In this document: in pieces, positions 19,036 to 27,114 of the stretch
Layout: each line of letters begins with the position of its first letter
How positions within the stretch are numbered: the first letter of the stretch is position 1
Origin: Smithellaceae bacterium
GTDB taxonomy: Bacteria; Desulfobacterota; Syntrophia; Syntrophales; Smithellaceae
Assembly (NCBI GenBank): GCA_963682015.1
Contig: OY820932.1
Span: 3,210,386-3,274,385 of the forward strand
Length of the DNA stretch: 64,000 nt
Direction: 5' to 3'
The notes under the pieces: model-generated
Seen by the model: the letters and a program-made list of their open reading frames with translations, nothing else
Databases searched by the model: none
What the model was told of the DNA's origin: nothing
Made by a program: the position numbers and the translations under genes

Positions 19036-20187
19036 TTATACTTTGATTTTGCCTTCTTTCATGGTCTGGGTCGGCTTGAAGATGTCCAGTTTGAATTTAC
19101 CGTAAAGCTCTTCGAGTTTTGCATTCAAAACGGGATAGCCGATGCTTTGTGCCAGGGCGAAGGGTCCAAAAGGCGATCCGCCACCGTTGGCCATGGCCAG
19201 GTCGATTTCTTTCGGATCATCACAGATTCCTTCTTCAAGAATCTTCGTGGCTTCATTGGCCTGCAGAGCGATCATGTGGTTGAGATCGAATTCTTTGGTC
19301 GCCTTGGCCGGATCGATGCTGGGACGTCCTGCCGACCAGTCGTAGAAGCCTTTGCCGGTTTTCTTGCCCAGGTTGCCCGATTTCATCATATCCACCAGGA
19401 CCTGAGGCGGCTTGTAATCGGGGGAAAGAACCCTGGACATGTATTCCAGGCCGTGAACGTTTACATCGATGCCGACATAATCCATGAGCTCAAACGGCGC
19501 CATGGGCATGAACGGTTTGAAGGCTGCGTCCAGTTCTTCCGGCGTCGGATGGCCGGCTTCCAGAATCTTGGACAAGAAAGCTCCGGCGGGGATGTTGACC
19601 CGGTTGTATATGAAGCCGGGAGAATCTTTTTTGACGATAACCGGTACTTTTTTGATCTTCTTGGCAATTTCGTAACCGATCTGAATGGCTTCGTCGCTGG
19701 TTTTTTCGCCTTTGATCACTTCCACCAGCTTCATCAAAATAGCCGGATTGAAGAAATGGTAACCGATGACTTTGTCCGGACGACCCGTGGCTTTGGCGAT
19801 TTCGGAGATGCTCATGTTGGAGGTATTGGAAGCCAGGATGGCATGCTTGGGGGCATACTTGTCGATTTCGGCAAACACGCTCTGCTTGAGTTCCAGCTTT
19901 TCCGGGACGGCTTCGATGATAAAATCCGCATCCTTGACGGCTTCTTTGAGATCCACCATCGGAATAAGACGCGCCATTGCGTCGTCATAAGCTTCCGGGG
20001 TCATTTTGCCTTTGGCTTTGAATTTATCGAAGCTGCCCTTAATGCCGGCCATGCCCCGATCCACAAATTTCTGGTCGATGTCGCGAAGAACAACCGTGTA
20101 GCCCCCCATCAGACAGCACGCGGCAATTCCGTGTCCCATGTCGCCGGCGCCGATCATGGCTATTTTTTTTACATCTTCTGCTTTCAT
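19036..20187 (-). CDS. 3-hydroxyacyl-CoA dehydrogenase (NAD-binding plus extended C-terminal domains)
   Basis: Rossmann motif KIAMIGAGDMGHGIA, followed by the FFNPA and PGFIYNR motifs typical of HBD/HADH. Confidence 0.85.
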   Translation of the reverse strand: MKAEDVKKIAMIGAGDMGHGIAACCLMGGYTVVLRDIDQKFVDRGMAGIKGSFDKFKAKGKMTPEAYDDAMARLIPMVDLKEAVKDADFIIEAVPEKLELKQSVFAEIDKYAPKHAILASNTSNMSISEIAKATGRPDKVIGYHFFNPAILMKLVEVIKGEKTSDEAIQIGYEIAKKIKKVPVIVKKDSPGFIYNRVNIPAGAFLSKILEAGHPTPEELDAAFKPFMPMAPFELMDYVGIDVNVHGLEYMSRVLSPDYKPPQVLVDMMKSGNLGKKTGKGFYDWSAGRPSIDPAKATKEFDLNHMIALQANEATKILEEGICDDPKEIDLAMANGGGSPFGPFALAQSIGYPVLNAKLEELYGKFKLDIFKPTQTMKEGKIKV

Positions 20188-20218
20188 TGAAAACTCCTTT
20201 CTTGTAGTTGAATCACTT

Positions 20219-21265
20219 TTATTTGGGGCCGGAGAAACGGCATTTCATTGCCTTTCCTCCGGCCTGTTCATGAGAAAACAAGGGCAGTCCGCACGCTGGC
20301 GCTTTAAAGGTCAAGATCGCGCCTCCCTTTTTCCCGGATGCGGTTATATAACCAATATTGGTTCCCGGCTGAAAGGCCAGGTTATAAGTTCTGTGATAAC
20401 CGCCGCCATACTCCGGAGGAATAAGGATTTTAGCCAGAGCCTTTCCCTGCGTGCTCATCACGATGACCCGGCCTGTTTCGGCCATGGCCTGGTAAATGTT
20501 GCCTTCCGCATCCACCGCATTCGAATCCGGCCAGCCCTGATGAGGGACAAAGCGATAGGCGCAGGATGGGATGATCTGACCGTCTACCTTTTCGCCATTT
20601 TCAAGATCAAACTTTTGCACGGTTCGGGTGGCCAGTGTTTCGGCCACCCAGAGAATTTTGCCATCCGGCGAAAGAGATACACCATTGGCGTTTCCCACGC
20701 GGTCGGACAATCGTTCGATCGTATCCGTCTGCGCCGTCAAACGGTAAATGCCCCCTGCCGGTTTTTTAGGATCTCCTTCATAACTGGTAAAATAAATATT
20801 TCCGTAACGGTCGAAAATCATGTCATCGGGTATCAACTGATGCCCCTGATAAACGGTTCGGATGGTCTGTAAAAGTTTTCCGCCGGGGGATACAACCACA
20901 ATATCGCCGCCCTGAAATCCGCATAAAAACAGACGGCCGTCCTTATGGATTTTAACGGATGCAAAGCCGCTGTGCCGCGGATCGTTATAAATCGTGGAGA
21001 TGGTCTTATCCGACATGCGGATTTTAAAAACTTTTCCTCCGCCTTCGACATCGACGAAATACAAATCCCCGTTGCGGTCGAAGGCCGGGCCTTCCAGCGC
21101 GGTTTGGGGGTTGTCGTTCACCTGAAGCCACAACGTTGCGCTGATGGTCGGGACATTGTTCATGTCCACATTGGTCGGTACCGGTGCGGAGGCGGTCAAC
21201 AAAAAGCAGATCAACACCGCGAAGGCGCCGGCTGTGGCGGTCCTGAGAATGTTGTCTGCTTTCAT
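20219..21265 (-). CDS. Exported SMP-30/gluconolactonase/LRE-like beta-propeller protein
   Basis: Signal peptide MKADNILRTATAGAFAVLICFLLTASA. Repeated ...DG.LYF / NG..L.PDG blades (FDRNGDLYFVD, FDRYGNIYFTS, ANGVSLSPDGKILWVAE). Confidence 0.65.
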   Translation of the reverse strand: MKADNILRTATAGAFAVLICFLLTASAPVPTNVDMNNVPTISATLWLQVNDNPQTALEGPAFDRNGDLYFVDVEGGGKVFKIRMSDKTISTIYNDPRHSGFASVKIHKDGRLFLCGFQGGDIVVVSPGGKLLQTIRTVYQGHQLIPDDMIFDRYGNIYFTSYEGDPKKPAGGIYRLTAQTDTIERLSDRVGNANGVSLSPDGKILWVAETLATRTVQKFDLENGEKVDGQIIPSCAYRFVPHQGWPDSNAVDAEGNIYQAMAETGRVIVMSTQGKALAKILIPPEYGGGYHRTYNLAFQPGTNIGYITASGKKGGAILTFKAPACGLPLFSHEQAGGKAMKCRFSGPK

Positions 21266-21303
21266 GTGGTGTTCTCCTTCAATACGCGGTTTTGCCTAAA
21301 TGC

Positions 21304-23109
21304 TTACAACTGCTCTTCGGGAAGATTGATCGCCGAAGTGTCTTCCAGTTTGATGATGCGTGCCCGGCCGAAAACCTGGGGCAGGAAGTTTCGGCAGTAG
21401 TAGCGTATGGTCTCGATCTTGCCGCTGTAGAAATTCCTGTCCGCTTCATCAAGCGAACCTTTGCCCAGTCTGCCCTTCGCGATGATGCCCTGCTCCAGGA
21501 GCAGATGGGCGATAGCTACTTCCGACATGCTGTCAAGGAATCGTGTCGAAGTGAAAGGTACCAGGTCGAGTTTTCCTTCCGCGAAATAACGGCCGTAGTT
21601 GGTGGCCAGTTCGATGATGGCTTGGAGTGCTTCCTTGAGGGTGGCGATTTCCGGGGCGAAGGTTGTGTCCATGGCATTTTTCTGGACAAAAGACATGATT
21701 TCGGCAATCCAGTCGCCGAAAACTTTTCCCTTGGACATGTTCAACTTGCGGCCCACCAGGTCGGCGGACTGAATGAAGGCTGTTCCGTCCCAGATGGAAA
21801 GGATCTTGCTGTCGCGCGTATACTGCTCCATTGGATATTCCTTGGTGAAGCCGTAGCCGCCCAGAATCTGGATGGCGTCGCGGCCCATTTCGAAAATCCG
21901 GTCGCCGCAGTAGCCTTTGACCAGCGGTGTGATCAGCTCGACGCGCTGATGCGCTTTTTTGCGTTCTTCTTCATTTGCGCCGTGAACGGCGATATCTTCC
22001 AGGAAGTAGGCCTGATAAACCAGCGCGCGCATGCCTTCGGTCAGGGCCTTGAGATTCATGAGCATACGGCGGATGTCGGCGTGATTGACGATGGGAACCC
22101 GCACGCCGTCGTTGCGGCCGAAGCGCGTGCCCTGAACACGTTCTTTGGCGTAAGCCAGCGCATTGGCGTACATATTGGCGCCAAAGGCCACGGCTTCCGC
22201 GCCGACGGCCATTCTCGCGCCGTTGACCATCTGGAACATATAGGCGAGTCCCATTCCCTCTTCGCCGATCAGGTGTCCGCGGCATTTGCCGTTTTCGCCG
22301 AAATTCAGGACGCTGGTGGCGGAAGCATTAAGCCCCATTTTATGTTCGATGCCGATGCAGGCCATGTCGTTTCGTTCGCCCAGCGTTCCGTCATCGTTCA
22401 CCCAGATTTTCGGCACGGCAAAGAGGGAAATGCCTTTTGCTCCGGCGGGTGCTCCTTCAATACGTGCGATGACCAGATGAATGATATTTTCCGTCAGATT
22501 GTGTTCGCCGGAGGTGATGAAAATTTTCGTTCCCTGGATTTTATAGTATTCGCCGTCCCGAATTGCTTTGGCGGCGACCATGTGGGCGTCGGAACCCACG
22601 CTGGGTTCGGTCAGGCACATCGTGCCGCACCAGGTGCCGTCATACATCTTCGGGCAGAAAAGGTCTTTGATCTTTTGGGATCCGAAGTTTTCAATCATCA
22701 TGCCGTTGCCCGGTCCCATGCCGGAGAAGTTGCAGAACCCGAAGTTGGCGCTCATGAAGAACTCGGAGGCTGCTTCAGCAATGATAAAAGGAAGACCCTG
22801 CCCGCCGTATTGTGCAGAGTTGCCCAGTGCGAACCAACCGCCCTCCCGGAAGACATCCCAGAGATGATGAAATGATTTCGGAACGGTAACGACGCCTTTG
22901 TCGAAATGGCAGCCTTCACGGTCGCCGTCCTGAAAGGTAGGCGCCAGTTCCGTTGCTGCGATTTTCTGCGCCTGTTTGAGGATCATGTCGAAATCCTCCA
23001 TGGTGAATCCTTTAAAAGCTTCAAAGCTTAAAAGTTTTTCCACTTTCAACTGTTCGTTCAGGACAAACCGGACATCCCGGTCGTCACGCTTGTAAAAATT
23101 CTGTCCCAT
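21304..23109 (-). CDS. Long-form acyl-CoA dehydrogenase (about 600 aa)
   Basis: Shows MCLTEPSVGSDA, FITSGEH and ILGGYGFTKEYPMEQYTRDSKILSIWDGT, plus a C-terminal extension. AGGAGGAG RBS before ATG 23109. Confidence 0.9.
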   Translation of the reverse strand: MGQNFYKRDDRDVRFVLNEQLKVEKLLSFEAFKGFTMEDFDMILKQAQKIAATELAPTFQDGDREGCHFDKGVVTVPKSFHHLWDVFREGGWFALGNSAQYGGQGLPFIIAEAASEFFMSANFGFCNFSGMGPGNGMMIENFGSQKIKDLFCPKMYDGTWCGTMCLTEPSVGSDAHMVAAKAIRDGEYYKIQGTKIFITSGEHNLTENIIHLVIARIEGAPAGAKGISLFAVPKIWVNDDGTLGERNDMACIGIEHKMGLNASATSVLNFGENGKCRGHLIGEEGMGLAYMFQMVNGARMAVGAEAVAFGANMYANALAYAKERVQGTRFGRNDGVRVPIVNHADIRRMLMNLKALTEGMRALVYQAYFLEDIAVHGANEEERKKAHQRVELITPLVKGYCGDRIFEMGRDAIQILGGYGFTKEYPMEQYTRDSKILSIWDGTAFIQSADLVGRKLNMSKGKVFGDWIAEIMSFVQKNAMDTTFAPEIATLKEALQAIIELATNYGRYFAEGKLDLVPFTSTRFLDSMSEVAIAHLLLEQGIIAKGRLGKGSLDEADRNFYSGKIETIRYYCRNFLPQVFGRARIIKLEDTSAINLPEEQL

Positions 23110-23188
23110 TCACTCCTCCTGAATTTATCTTATTGCCAGGTTGTTCTTTGGCTTGTTGGATTTCCAAAGATGATCAGGACATCAATTC

Positions 23189-23203
23189 GCATATTCCATG
23201 CCA
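23189..23203 (-). promoter_or_regulatory. sigma-54 (-24/-12) promoter of the ACAD-SMP30-HBD operon
   Basis: The minus strand reads TGGCAT-GGAAT-ATGC, with GG and GC at canonical spacing, about 80 nt upstream of ATG 23109. Confidence 0.75.
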
Positions 23204-23318
23204 ACTCCCGGTCACACCGGTGATCATCATATGTGTTTGAATATATGTAATTATTTTATTTTGTGGCGATTTGGAACCGGACGATTTTTGCGGCGCTGTC
23301 CGATTTATAAGTCTTTTG

Positions 23319-23335
23319 TGTCCTTAAAAGGGACA
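23319..23335. promoter_or_regulatory. Upstream activator dyad TGTCC-N7-GGACA
   Basis: TGTCCTTAAAAGGGACA sits inside the longer inverted repeat GTCTTTTGTGTCC...GGACAAAAGAC (23311-23341). Its centre is about 125 bp from the -24 GG. Confidence 0.65.
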
Positions 23336-23430
23336 AAAGACGACAACGTGTTTTGTTCTGGGACGCAGAGCCGGCAGCGTCAGGTTGAGAGGTTGCAGGT
23401 GATCAGGTAAGCGGGTACTGTTTTGAAAAT

Positions 23431-24045
23431 TTAATCAAGATATCCGGCTAGAGTGGACGGTTCGGGTACATCCCCGATGGTCTTGCCGTAATATGAAAAT
23501 TTTACGACCCTGTCCGGTTTAATGACGAATGCCGCGGGCAGTTGTGTTTCCCTGCCCTCGAATTTTTTGTGAAAATATCCCCGGCGCATCGCCCGTGCCG
23601 CAGCCATCAAACCCGCCGGGTGCAGATATTTCAACAGCCCTCCCGGCTCGACGGCATAAAGCTGAAAAATTTTCCCTTCCGGATCGCAAACGATATCGAA
23701 AGGCCAGTCTCCTTCATTCAACAAAGGCAACAGTGTTGCGGTTGAACTCTGGAGGAAAACAAAAACCCTGGCCCCTTTCTGCCTGAACAATTCGATCTCG
23801 TGTTTGAAATTTGCCATTTCCATCTGGCATACGGGGCAGCCGTGATACCTTAGAAAAACAAGGATTGCATACCGGTGCTGCGCGGTATGATAAAAATCCT
23901 GCGAGGATTTCCAGGGTGTGTCAAATCGGAAATTCGGCGCATTGTCGCCGGCTGTTATTTTTGCGAACAAAATACGGTTCCCCCTTATCACAGCGGATTT
24001 TCTCCTGAAACTATTAATGCATTGTTCTGTATTGTTCAAATACAT
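23431..24045 (-). CDS. AhpC/TSA-redoxin-like thiol-disulfide protein
   Basis: Thioredoxin-fold motif FLRYHGCPVCQME. ATG 24045 follows GGAGGAAG; the longer ORF to 24177 has no RBS. Confidence 0.7.
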   Translation of the reverse strand: MYLNNTEQCINSFRRKSAVIRGNRILFAKITAGDNAPNFRFDTPWKSSQDFYHTAQHRYAILVFLRYHGCPVCQMEMANFKHEIELFRQKGARVFVFLQSSTATLLPLLNEGDWPFDIVCDPEGKIFQLYAVEPGGLLKYLHPAGLMAAARAMRRGYFHKKFEGRETQLPAAFVIKPDRVVKFSYYGKTIGDVPEPSTLAGYLD

Positions 24046-24130
24046 TTTCTTACTTCCTCCTTCTCTATGAACGAAGGCTGTCCGGGGACAACTCACAGTG
24101 TTGTGATAGTTCAGAAGATGAGACACGCTG

Positions 24131-24147
24131 CGTCCTAAAACAGGACA
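24131..24147. promoter_or_regulatory. Upstream activator dyad (cGTCC-N7-GGACA)
   Basis: CGTCCTAAAACAGGACA, with its centre about 105 bp upstream of the -24 GG at 24244. Confidence 0.55.
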
Positions 24148-24242
24148 CGACCTGAAAAAACGCAACCTGTGTCCCATGCGGATTGTTTTTTAAATATTCA
24201 GTTTAATTAACATGTTGCAGATGGTTTCTGCAACACGGTTAA

Positions 24243-24257
24243 TGGCATGAAACATGC
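24243..24257 (+). promoter_or_regulatory. sigma-54 (-24/-12) promoter of the small exported-protein gene
   Basis: TGGCAT-GAAAC-ATGC, 36 nt before ATG 24293. Immediately preceded by the inverted repeat TGTTGCAG-N7-CTGCAACA (24213-24235). Confidence 0.7.
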
Positions 24258-24292
24258 TCTACCAATTCCAAAACTCTTGGAGGTGATGTTGT

Positions 24293-24793
24293 ATGTTGAA
24301 AATCAAATTTTCGGTTCTGGTTGCGGTAATACTGGCGGCTGCCGCATTTACCTGCCCCCTGTACGCAGCGGAGTATAAAAATGCGGAATTGGGATTCTCG
24401 GTTTCTTATCCGGACGTATTGGAAAAGCAGGCTCCGATCAAAGGGGCGATTTTCTATGCCATCGCCGCGACGAAGATGCCCTGGTTCACCGTAAGTCTTG
24501 TTGACGGCGCCGCATTCGAAGATACTTTTAAAGCGGCTTTTGCCGGTAATGCCGATTTCACCAAAATCGACATCAAGGCCGCCAAAGATGTTGCAACGGG
24601 CAGCGGCGTTAAAGCCAAGGTTTCCATTTTCAAGTATATGTTTCAGGATACGTATGAGTGCGAAGGCGTAACCCTTGGCGTTCAGAAGAACGGTAAGTGG
24701 ATCATCGTCTCCCTGGCGACGGTTCCGATGTATGATACTTCCTATAATCCGGACGACTACGAGAAATTGCTGAAGACATTTAAATTCAACTGA
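24293..24793 (+). CDS. Small exported protein, unknown function
   Basis: 166 aa with GGAGGTG RBS and signal peptide MLKIKFSVLVAVILAAAAFTCPLYA. I recognise no family motif. Confidence 0.6.
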   Translation: MLKIKFSVLVAVILAAAAFTCPLYAAEYKNAELGFSVSYPDVLEKQAPIKGAIFYAIAATKMPWFTVSLVDGAAFEDTFKAAFAGNADFTKIDIKAAKDVATGSGVKAKVSIFKYMFQDTYECEGVTLGVQKNGKWIIVSLATVPMYDTSYNPDDYEKLLKTFKFN

Positions 24794-24843
24794 TCATCCA
24801 ACCCTTCCTGTTTGAGCGGTCAACATTCGCGGAAAACCGCAGG

Positions 24844-24879
24844 GGCGCGGCATTTCAAGAAATGCCACGCCTTTTTTTA
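24844..24879 (+). terminator. Rho-independent terminator
   Basis: GCGCGGCATTTC / GAAATGCCACGC stem (one mismatch) followed by CTTTTTTTAT. Confidence 0.75.
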
Positions 24880-25047
24880 TTTGCCCGCTGGAAATGGTTT
24901 TTTTCAAGGGATGGAGCAGTCATGCGGATTGCTCTGAAACATTTCGGTTCCATCGGAGACGATTGAACCGGCATCCAAGAAAACGTGGAGGTAAAAGAGA
25001 TACCGGGCGAACAGGGTTATGTAAAACCTTGTTGAATTGTTAAAGTG

Positions 25048-25749
25048 CTAATGTGTCTGATGCCAGTTGTACTTCAGATAGTCTAAAGGGTGATGGTATT
25101 TATCGTCCAGATCTTTCAGTGTATGGCACTCGAGGCAATATGTTCCGTAATAAAAGAAAGGTTTGCCTCTTTCCGGCTGCCGTCGCACCGGTTCCGCTTT
25201 CATGACTTCGAAATGAAGATGGTCAAATTGCCAGCCGTATTGATTCAATTCGGCCCGGGTCATAAACCGGGCAATCGGGAGGGAGGGGTCAACTTCGTCG
25301 TTGTGCCTGACTTTAATTCCGGCAATATGCTCGTAAACCGTCCAGACCGGCATGGAATTTTCCGAAGAATGTCGGATGATAATCTGCGCAAAAGGGCCGT
25401 CATTTCTTAAACTGATGACTTTACCTCTTGCCGCGGGAAATACCGGTTCATCGATATAATTGGCGTTTGGCCTTTTGAGGTCGATGCCGGTGTGAAGATG
25501 AGCCGGAATGCCCGGGCGAGCCCGTCTTTCCGTTCCAAAGGTACCGATCGGAGTCAGTTTCACATCGTGCAGGGATTGACGATTCTCCGTACGGATCGGA
25601 AGATACCACGTCGTTATATTTATACCGGATGCCGGGACGGTTTCCTGACCGGAAAGCAGACCGGCCGGGACAAGCAGAAAAAGCGACAGCGCCGCAAATA
25701 TCAATTGAGCTGAACGGGTCTTTTTCAACTTTCTATAAGAATGCTTCAT
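25048..25749 (-). CDS. M23-family metallopeptidase, exported
   Basis: HLHTGIDL (HxxxD) and FDHLHFEV (HxH). ATG 25749 (MKHSYRKLKKTRSAQLIFAALSLFLLVPAG) gives a signal peptide. The ORF-track start at 25875 would overlap the GGDEF gene. Confidence 0.75.
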   Translation of the reverse strand: MKHSYRKLKKTRSAQLIFAALSLFLLVPAGLLSGQETVPASGINITTWYLPIRTENRQSLHDVKLTPIGTFGTERRARPGIPAHLHTGIDLKRPNANYIDEPVFPAARGKVISLRNDGPFAQIIIRHSSENSMPVWTVYEHIAGIKVRHNDEVDPSLPIARFMTRAELNQYGWQFDHLHFEVMKAEPVRRQPERGKPFFYYGTYCLECHTLKDLDDKYHHPLDYLKYNWHQTH

Positions 25750-25850
25750 CTCCAGCTCCAGCGCTGTTCTTCCTTTCTGATCTTTTTCAATCTCTTTATA
25801 AATCGGCCGGAGTGCGGAGAAGACCTGATTGCCCGAACAGGTTTTCAATC

Positions 25851-27020
25851 TTAAAGGGAAACTGACGAAACGCAATTTCGTCCTTTTTGCTTTGATTGAG
25901 CAAGTGCCTTTTCGGTTAACTGAATCAATTTATCCAGGGTGGCATCTTCAGGGAAAGAATCGGACACTCCAAAGCTTGCAGTAATATGGATGGCCTCTTT
26001 GTCCACAACAAACGCACGGTCTTCAACCAACTTCCGGAATCTTTCGGCAAAGGCCATGGCCTGTTCGAGGTTGGTGCTGGGTAAAAAAACCAGGAACTCA
26101 TCGCTTCCGATTCTTCCAAAGATGTCAAATGCTCTCAGATGATTTTGAATCAGGTTGGCAAATTCCATCAGGAGAGTGTCGCCGGCGCAGTCACCGTATT
26201 GATCATTTACCTTTTTGAAACCGTCAATATCGATCATGACCGTCGACAAATCGATCGCCGCCCTTCTCCTTCTGGCGAATTCCTGTGAGGCAAGGAATTC
26301 CAGGCCTCTTCTGTTCAGTACGCCGGTTACCGGATCGTTTACGGCCAGTTCTTTCTGACCGTAGGAAAGTCTCTGGGCGACCATCCAGAAAAACCCGAAA
26401 GATGAACCGATCATCAAAAAGATACAGGCGATAATAGAAAAGATGTGAACCGCCTCCGCCGGTATACCTGAATGAATCGGGCTTTCACCGGGTGTCCACA
26501 GCAGGCGGAACAGATGAAACAACCCGTAAACGGCAAACACCAGCGCTGTTGCCCGTGCCGGTAATCGCCAGGAAATATGAACATTACGGCTGAGTTCCCA
26601 GGTGCAGATGGCGCTTATGATCAGTTGAATGGCTGAATAAATGATCATGCGGGTGCTTTCTGATGGCCGGCCGTATGTGAAATACACAAGCAAAATCATT
26701 CCCGCTGCGATTGCCGCGAAGGTGACCGGATGGAACCGGTCCGAGCGATCAAGGAAACGGCGTGCACCCTCGTAAAAGAGGGCAATCGCGGCAATTTTCA
26801 AAGTGTCTGCCAGAACAATCGTCAGAAAATCGGGCAAAACATTCCGGTAACCCGACAGGAAAAACCCCGTGGCAAAAAAGGCGGCCGCGATGGTCAGGAA
26901 AGTGAACCCCTTAAACTGTTTTTGTGTAATGCCGAAAGCAAATAATCCAAGAGCATAGAAAGCCGCAATGGCGGTTACGACGAAACTCAAGATTTGCATA
27001 TCAAGGCGGATCGATTGCAT
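25851..27020 (-). CDS. Membrane-anchored GGDEF-domain protein with a degenerate active site (GSDEF)
   Basis: About 220 aa of TM helices, then DPVTGVLNRRG, DIDGFKKVND and RAFDIFGRIGSDEF. Confidence 0.8.
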   Translation of the reverse strand: MQSIRLDMQILSFVVTAIAAFYALGLFAFGITQKQFKGFTFLTIAAAFFATGFFLSGYRNVLPDFLTIVLADTLKIAAIALFYEGARRFLDRSDRFHPVTFAAIAAGMILLVYFTYGRPSESTRMIIYSAIQLIISAICTWELSRNVHISWRLPARATALVFAVYGLFHLFRLLWTPGESPIHSGIPAEAVHIFSIIACIFLMIGSSFGFFWMVAQRLSYGQKELAVNDPVTGVLNRRGLEFLASQEFARRRRAAIDLSTVMIDIDGFKKVNDQYGDCAGDTLLMEFANLIQNHLRAFDIFGRIGSDEFLVFLPSTNLEQAMAFAERFRKLVEDRAFVVDKEAIHITASFGVSDSFPEDATLDKLIQLTEKALAQSKQKGRNCVSSVSL

Positions 27021-27114
27021 CGCTGTTTACCTCCATGGTTGGTATTGATCTGGTCATAAATGACCGGTGACTGCCTGTGAAACTGCTGCCAGGAAAACCG
27101 CGTCTGACAATGTC

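Noticed and set aside
19006-20190. 394-aa plus-strand ORF exactly opposite the 3-hydroxyacyl-CoA dehydrogenase gene. Similar long antisense ORFs lie at 21292-22875, 40016-41959, 43593-44924, 17836-18849, 61639-62862, 28660-29844, 37327-38355, 48552-49415, 38884-39705, 60190-60891, 10878-11537 and 15561-16262.
   Set aside because: Each mirrors a gene with clear family motifs on the other strand. Their translations are low-complexity (rich in R/G/H/F/D), lack recognisable motifs and have no RBS. They are typical shadow ORFs of moderately GC-rich coding DNA.
24061-24092. TGTCC-GG-GGACA (24079-24090), resembling the activator dyad but with a 2-nt spacer. Isolated half-sites TGTGTCC occur at 24168 and GCTGTCCGAT at 23295.
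   Set aside because: The spacing differs from the N7 seen at all well-positioned sites. Half-sites alone are too frequent to interpret.
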